Source of the DNA: Dipteris shenzhenensis
Taxonomy: Eukaryota
DNA: 64,000 nucleotides
Reading direction: 5' to 3' (one strand)
Assembly: GCA_047967505.1 (NCBI GenBank)
Contig: CM106538.1
Shown here in pieces: positions 60,806-64,000 of this stretch (position 1 is the stretch's first letter; each line of letters starts with the position of its first letter). Both the position numbers and the translations under genes were made by a program. The notes under the pieces are model-generated. The model worked only from the letters and a program-made list of their open reading frames with translations. It did not search any database and was not told where the DNA came from.

Positions 60806-63200
60806 TTTTTTTTTTTTTGGGGCAAAAAAGAGACTTCTATTAAGTAAGAAAGAAACTCGCTAGAGCAAGCTCTGTGCAGAAATACAATATGCTAAGCATG
60901 TAATAAAAGACACCTCAGAAGAATGAGGTAGAAAGAAACCAAGGCTGAGGCTGAAAATGCCAACTCAACCCTGTAGAAGTCTCAGCAAGAAAGGGAGAGT
61001 CTCTCCAATCCCTGAGAAAAGTAACTCTCCTAGAGGAGGCTGCTCGAGAGGATCCCTGCATGGTCTGAGAAGGGTGAACCTGAGAACCCTCCATAGCCTC
61101 AATGCATCTAGCTCTCAAAATGTGCCATGCTGCAATGCTAGCTAAAACCTTCCATGGAGAGTCAACCGAGGAATGAGCAGCCCTGAAGAGAGTGGCCGGA
61201 ACATCCTCTAAAGAGCACAACTCCACAAGGTGTCATCGGATGTCAAGAGCCCAAGACGAGTCATGTCTCTCAAAGAAAACCTGGGGCCCTGAAAGAGTGA
61301 GCCAAGATACTGATCCCCAGGTCATATAGAAGGGGAGGCGAACAAAAGTGCTGAGAAGTCTTGCAATCCCCTTCCATATGATTCTCGCCTGTCTGCAATC
61401 CCAAAGGCAGTGCTGTACTGTCTCCGATGCAGAAAGGCAACGAGGGTAAGTAGGGTCAGCCCCGAACCTAGATCTCCAATGGTTCACTGCTATCCCACCA
61501 TGAATAGAAAGCCAAAAGAAGAGAGTGATTTTTCTATTCCGGTGGGATTTCCAGAGCCTCCGCCAAAAAAATTTCTGCAAGTCTGCAGAAATCTGAAAAT
61601 TCTCCCAATGAGGAGCTCTAGTGGGCCTCCAACCCCTACAGTTGAGCTGGAGCTGGGGGCTAAGGAGCCCTATGACTGGGCTGAAGAGGAATCTGGAGTC
61701 CTCATCTGTGCATGCATTCCCTCGGTTGTCACAATTAGGAACAGTCTGTGGGGAAGAGGTACCGGTAGCCCCCTCATGATCAGAACCAAAGTGACTCGGG
61801 CTGGTACTGGTGCATCTAAAGGTCCCTCCTGATGTAGAACTGTAGTGTCTGGGGCTGCAGCAACATCTACCTCTGGAGTGTGGATAGCGTATGTCTGAAC
61901 CGGATTAAAGGTCTCCTCCTGAGGTAAGGGAGCCGCTCTGATCACTCTCCATCGTGGTACTGGGTGTGCTGCAGGCTTTGGGCACCCTACTGCCCTGGTG
62001 GTCCTAGGGTGCACGAAGCAGGGCGCCCTGCTCCCAGTGGTCCTGGAGTGCGTGGTACAAGGCGCTGGGGAGGTGCAGTCGGGGTAGTATGTGAAGGAGC
62101 CGCACCAGAGACCTCTTGGGTCTTTTTCCCTTCATTGGGCAATCTCTAGCAAAGTGCCCAAGGGTCCTGCAAATCCTGCACTGGTCCTGTCTACCTGCAA
62201 TTTCGACTCTCTGTCGAAGGAGAGAGCCATCTGGGCGCTGAAGCATGATGGGGTCATCTGAGATGTTAGGGTCAGAGACAATGACCCTAACTCGAGGCAC
62301 CCCGTCTGCTCTGACTGCCTCTGCCGAGGAAGAAGGCATGCCAAGAAGGGGGGGGATCTCAGTGACCACTCCGAATGTGGCTCCGATAGTAGCAAGAAGT
62401 CGATGGTAGGCCTGAGGAAGACCACTTCCTCAGGAAATCTAATGAACAGTGGTGTGACCTGACTGTCTTCCTCAACCGGATCGAAGCCCAAGGTGTAGGG
62501 CAAAAGAAAAATCCTCCTTGAACCCAAAGCCACGGGATTAACTTTGAGAACAAGGGCTGTGGACTCCTGGGAGTCGAAAACCACTTGGAAGAATCCACAT
62601 CCCAAAAGTCAAATATCTTTGAGGTGTGCGGCGAGATCTCCTGGTAACGCCGCCAGCATCCAGTCTCTAGCCTGTGATCTGGAAGGGTGTGACCCAAAGA
62701 TGCGGGCGAAAAGTGATGTGGAGCCCTCTAGTTCCACATCTTTCTTGAGCTGCTGCAACTCATCTTTTGAAAAAATGACGGTTCTGGCGGCCAGTGGAAG
62801 TGGACGAAGATTGGCTGAATGGGGATCCATTCGCCAATCGATGTGAAAAGGCCAATTCAAACACTGAAAAAGTTCAGTCCGTGAAACTGCTGCCCAAGAT
62901 GCCCTGGAACACGGGCGCTGGAGGAAGGAGAACAGGAGAGGGTAGGAGAGAGGGGAAGAGGAGGAGAGAAGGCGGGGGGGGGGGGGGGGGGGGCGGGGGG
63001 GGGGCTGCAGGGGGGGAAGAGGAGAGCGAGGGTATAGGCTGCGGGAGGGAGAAGGGGGCAGGGGGGTAGAAGGGGGAGGGGAAGGCAACAGCGGGCGGGG
63101 AGGAGGGGAGCGGGGGGGAGGAGGCGGGGGGAGGCGGAGGGGAGCTGCGGATTAGGAAGGGAGGGGGCCCGGGGGGGGGGGGGGGGGGGGGGGGCTGGCT
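60806..63200 (-). mobile_element. L1-clade LINE with internal deletion of EN and RT; same family as 28617-37221
   Basis: Poly(A) tail (T13 at 60806-60818 on plus); 3' end matches 36360-37221; ORF1 has an RRM/DUF4283-like region (GCGFFQVVF) and a CRICRTLGHFARDC knuckle; deletion junction near 61640-61650. Confidence 0.9.
62940..63195 (+). repeat. G-rich low-complexity tract at the 5' end of the L1
   Basis: Two G runs of about 20 nt and many GGG+ runs with short linkers. Confidence 0.9.
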
Positions 63201-64000
63201 CCCATTTCGATGTTTTTTTCTTAGTCCCCAATTATAGATTCTCTAGTTTCAATACTTTACTCTCTAAAAAAACTATGTTTCATTTCAAATTGCTTCATTT
63301 TTTGTTGGTCTTTGAATTTTCTAATGAAATGAACTTCTATAGCAGCATCTACGAAAGAAATCTCTTTAGTTTCTTTTAGCTATCATAATAGCTCTAGCCT
63401 TCTTTATTCCAAGTACCTTTATCTTAATATACACTTCATGTGTAGGTTATAGACTATTTTTAAACTAGGTGTAAGACTTGTATAAGTGTCTAAATCAACT
63501 TCTGCCAACAAAAGAAACATGATACAATAAACACCAACATCCACAGAAGATATCATTGTCAAACAAGATTACAAATCAAATGGTAAAACCTCTACAAGTA
63601 TTTTGATAAGCTAGAAAATAAATATCGAAAAAGCCTTATCAGTGTCTGAGCCAATGAAGTCTAGATATGTTGATGAAGCAAAGCAGGTATGGATGTGTTG
63701 ATGAATCATGGCTTATTGACCAAGAAGTTTAGTTACTTTCACTTATCACAAAGTATGGAGAACAATGATGATTTAATGAAGACATCCATCTCACTGGAAA
63801 CAAAGCTAAGGACTTCAAATTAGCCAACAAGGTTGAAGACAGAGACTTGTATACATTGATAATTTCCATACTATCTTTAAATCCTATATCTCTCAGCAGG
63901 TATGCTTAAATGGAGCAAAGCAATACTTAGAGTAGTATGCCATAACCCACCATGCAGCTAAGGCTTTTCTGAAGAAAACTTCTTAAGAGGCTTTTACAAG

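Noticed and set aside
62609-63231. Pro-rich and Gly-rich ORFs resembling WASP-family or extensin proteins
   Set aside because: Translation of the L1 5' G/C homopolymer tract; no splice or domain support.

Overview
Eukaryotic, most likely seed-free plant (fern-like; inferred from the TE repertoire and intron sizes) genomic DNA. The only host gene I can support is a minus-strand WASH complex subunit 4 (WASHC4/SWIP) homolog. Six GT-AG exons (53015-52804, 52703-52595, 52506-52408, 52288-52145, 52056-51895, 21605-21384) splice into 316 uninterrupted codons. The last two are separated by a 30.3-kb intron, and no further exons were seen on either side, so the whole window is probably intragenic. The introns hold nested retrotransposons: Ty1/copia elements (one near-intact, two 3'-truncated, one gag-RNaseH fusion, one gag-only), Ty3/gypsy-type elements, plant L1 LINEs and many RTE-X-like LINEs. 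Most interesting: (i) a (CT)n-targeting RTE-X-like LINE group whose divergent members share a covarying 3' stem-loop and stack on each other's tails; (ii) dense GTAC/CGTAC arrays (SBP/SPL-site-like) in three copia leaders; (iii) several pol-less elements that keep gag, one with a five-hairpin array; (iv) a direct-inverted-direct triplication; (v) an apparently intact WASH-complex gene in a plant-like genome. All family assignments come from motif recognition by eye, not database searches.
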